DNA of 64,000 nt from Paragordius varius (Eukaryota > Animalia > Nematomorpha). The stretch spans positions 1,736,001 through 1,800,000 of the forward strand of contig OZ176055.1 of assembly GCA_964247055.1 (NCBI GenBank). Reading direction: 5' to 3'. The translations under genes were made by a program, and so were the position numbers. Below are positions 61,801-64,000 of the stretch, one piece after another; the stretch's first letter is position 1; the number at the start of each line of letters is the position of its first letter. The notes below the pieces were generated by a model, which saw only the letters and a list, made by a program, of their open reading frames with translations, did not search any database and had not been told where the DNA came from.

Positions 61801-62471
61801 ACATTTGGTCAAATATATTTAGCTAGTTATGGGTATGGAGAATATCATCATTCGCCTAAAAAAGCATATTGGGGTATATAAAAGCGCTAGCTGTAAAATA
61901 AAGTTAAAGCGTTTTAATTATTTGCTGATTAGAGGTAAGCCCGTTTTATTGTTTATTTTTTTGTCAATATATAGAACACAAAGATTATGACAGTAGTTTG
62001 GATGATTCGCAACTCGGAAATAATATTGACAAAAGTGACAATATCCTTTCGCTACCATCATCCAAAAATGGAAATTATGCAGCTCAAAATGGCGCATCTC
62101 CATATAATCAACCGAATTATTTTGCTAACGAGGATGATTCTTATGGGAATACAGGCGCCTACAATGATGGATACAGACATTCCCCCTCCTACAAATATGC
62201 TGGAATGGTTAAAAGAGCCATTAAAAAACAACGGAAAAAACGAAACATCCCAATTAAACCTGCGTTGGACTCTGAGAACGAGAAGACAAGCAGGGATAAT
62301 AAAAAGACTAGAGCAGAACGTTCAAAGTCAGAACAACAAGATAGGCACTTAGAAAACAAAACTAAAACCCTAACTGTTTACAATCCTAATAAAAATGATA
62401 ATTTTAACAAAACAACCAAAGATAATTTACCAAAAACTGTAACTAATCGTTTTAAACTGTTATCGACATAA
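58816..62471 (+). CDS. Orphan secreted Gly/His/Tyr/Asp/Lys-rich protein (~400 aa); exons 58816-59162, 60786-60979, 61709-61873, 61975-62471; the initiating exon lies upstream and is not secured
   Basis: Junctions GG|GTAAGA..TTCAG|A, G|GTAACA..TAAG|GT and G|GTATAT..ATAG|AA join in frame. N-terminal hydrophobic VILFLCQLNLSFITC, GGGGGGYHGGGH tract, KR and RKKR dibasic sites; no recognised domain. Confidence 0.75.
59309..60172 (-). mobile_element. Internally deleted mariner with both TIRs, copy 3, in an intron of the secreted-protein gene
   Basis: TIRs TCAGGTGTAGTTATAAGTCTTTACCG and (reverse complement) TCAGGTTTAGTCATAAGTTCTTACCG match at 22/26. Relic MSNF.., EDDIVQKLLDGDSTQQRLA, LNER, VTDDG..YYVTSKGKK, then KWVDTDD at the C-terminus. 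Confidence 0.85.
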
Positions 62472-63325
62472 TGTATTGTGTCAAATGCCTTGGTGCCATT
62501 TATCACAATACTTTATGGTTTAATCATAATTGATATATTAATGATTTATTTATAAAACGATAGCTTCCCAAGATATCTCATTGTAATATTGAAATAATTA
62601 TTTCCTTAATACTATATATAATGCGATATGATTTTATAACTAATGAAGGTATAAATATTTAATTTGTTCTTATCCTATATTTTAAAATAAATTTGAAAAT
62701 AAAATGCTGAAATACTCTAAAATATTCCTGTAGAAGATGGATTAGATTTTCAAATATCAAATATGATTAAATTGTAATGCAAAACTTTATTTCAAAAAAG
62801 TCAAGAAATGTAAAAAATAAAAAATTTAAACAAAATGATTGCAATTAAAACGTAATTTTTCTCACAGAAAAATTATTATGTCAATATAAAATTCTTATAT
62901 TGTAACTCTAAAGATTTGTTTTAGAGCTGGATAATTTAAATTGATTTGAGCTGCTCTCAACTTGAAAAACCCGCGATTGGCTATGAATATTAATTTAGGA
63001 AGATTTTAAAAGCGTTTTAAAGGTCCCTTATCTAGCGTAATATTTTAAAACTTAAAAAGTATAATTTTGCCTAAGATATAATCTCCTAAATAATAATGAA
63101 TATTTTCATAAAAAATAATTTTAAATTAAAATATTAATTAGATAATTAGCTTCATTGTAACATTTCTTATTTAAAAGAGTTCGATATTACTGTATTAATT
63201 TGACATATGTTAAATTTTTTATACCGCTACCTCACACTGTTAATAGTGATGGCGTAGAATTTTATCGGAGTCTCGAGATATAATTTATAATGTTAATGAT
63301 ATTTTGAATTATGATTTATAATATA

Positions 63326-63514
63326 TAGTGTGAGTAACTATATATTGCTGGAAAGTTATTAGTTATGTCAAATAGCATATACAACAAAGCGCTGTATTAT
63401 TGGCTTATAGTTATTTTACTTTTTACTATTATTAGCCAATAATAATTCTCTTTGCTGCATATGATATTTAGCAATTATTAATAACTTTCTAGCAATATAT
63501 ACTTACTCATACTG
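63326..63514. mobile_element. TA-flanked MITE with ~35-bp TIRs
   Basis: TAGTGTGAGTAACTATATATTGCTGGAAAGTTATT ... AATAACTTTCTAGCAATATATACTTACTCATACTG|TA. Confidence 0.75.
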
Positions 63515-64000
63515 TATATTCAAATTGGTTTGTTATTTATTATAAAAGTATTTACCATAAGGAGCGCGAGTTATTAGGTATTGTCTATATATCATACTTT
63601 TGAAACTTATAAGTCCGAACGATTTGTACACCATAAGACTATTTATAAATATACGACATTGATTTTGTAGACTAAAATTAATCAATCCATAATGTCTGCG
63701 TTGAGTATCAATAATTCAGTGAATTTTATTTAAAAATAGATTATAGGATGTAAAATTTTTTATTCAAATTTATAATAATCTTGGGGTGGAGATTTACCCA
63801 AAAAGGTGTGACGTGTTATTTAAACAAATTAATTGGTATAATTTTGATCGATTATCACATTATTCTTACTTGATATATTTGAATTTTCAATTTGTGGGTA
63901 TGATGAATTTTATTGTAATACAAAGTACATACTATACAATGACAATGAATTTTTAAAATTGAACAAAAAATAAATGAATATAAATAAAATTAAGGAAGTA

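Noticed and set aside
61931-62352. AG-AG-GTAAGC at 61931-61940 as a 2-nt microexon feeding the alternative frame 61987-62352
   Set aside because: It would need 59- and 40-nt introns around a 2-nt exon; direct splicing 61873/61975 already gives a frame with matching composition.

Overview
AT-rich, intron-containing invertebrate animal genomic DNA; the exact lineage cannot be fixed from sequence alone. Genes rebuilt by hand from GT-AG junctions and recalled protein motifs: a single-exon Rough-class homeobox gene (+), a 6-exon LAPTM4-like lysosomal tetraspan gene (-), a 10-exon or longer steroid sulfatase/arylsulfatase gene (-), two tandem antistasin-domain terminal exons missed by the ORF track (-), a Nemo-like kinase gene (-), and an orphan secreted Gly/His/Tyr/Asp/Lys-rich protein gene (+). 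Introns and intergenic DNA carry many transposon relics: three mariner copies, a hAT relic, two non-autonomous Helitrons, several MITE families, LINE fragments, and a rearranged Ty3/gypsy element with both LTRs and a target-site duplication. Most notable: (1) a ~47-aa in-frame insertion in the NLK activation loop plus loss of its C-terminal Cys motif; (2) an antistasin pair diverged mainly at the reactive loop; (3) the modular orphan secreted protein; (4) a 30-nt intron at a homology-supported position; (5) an LTR element holding sense and antisense integrase copies that could fold into a hairpin. All homology calls are from recalled motifs; no database searches were run.
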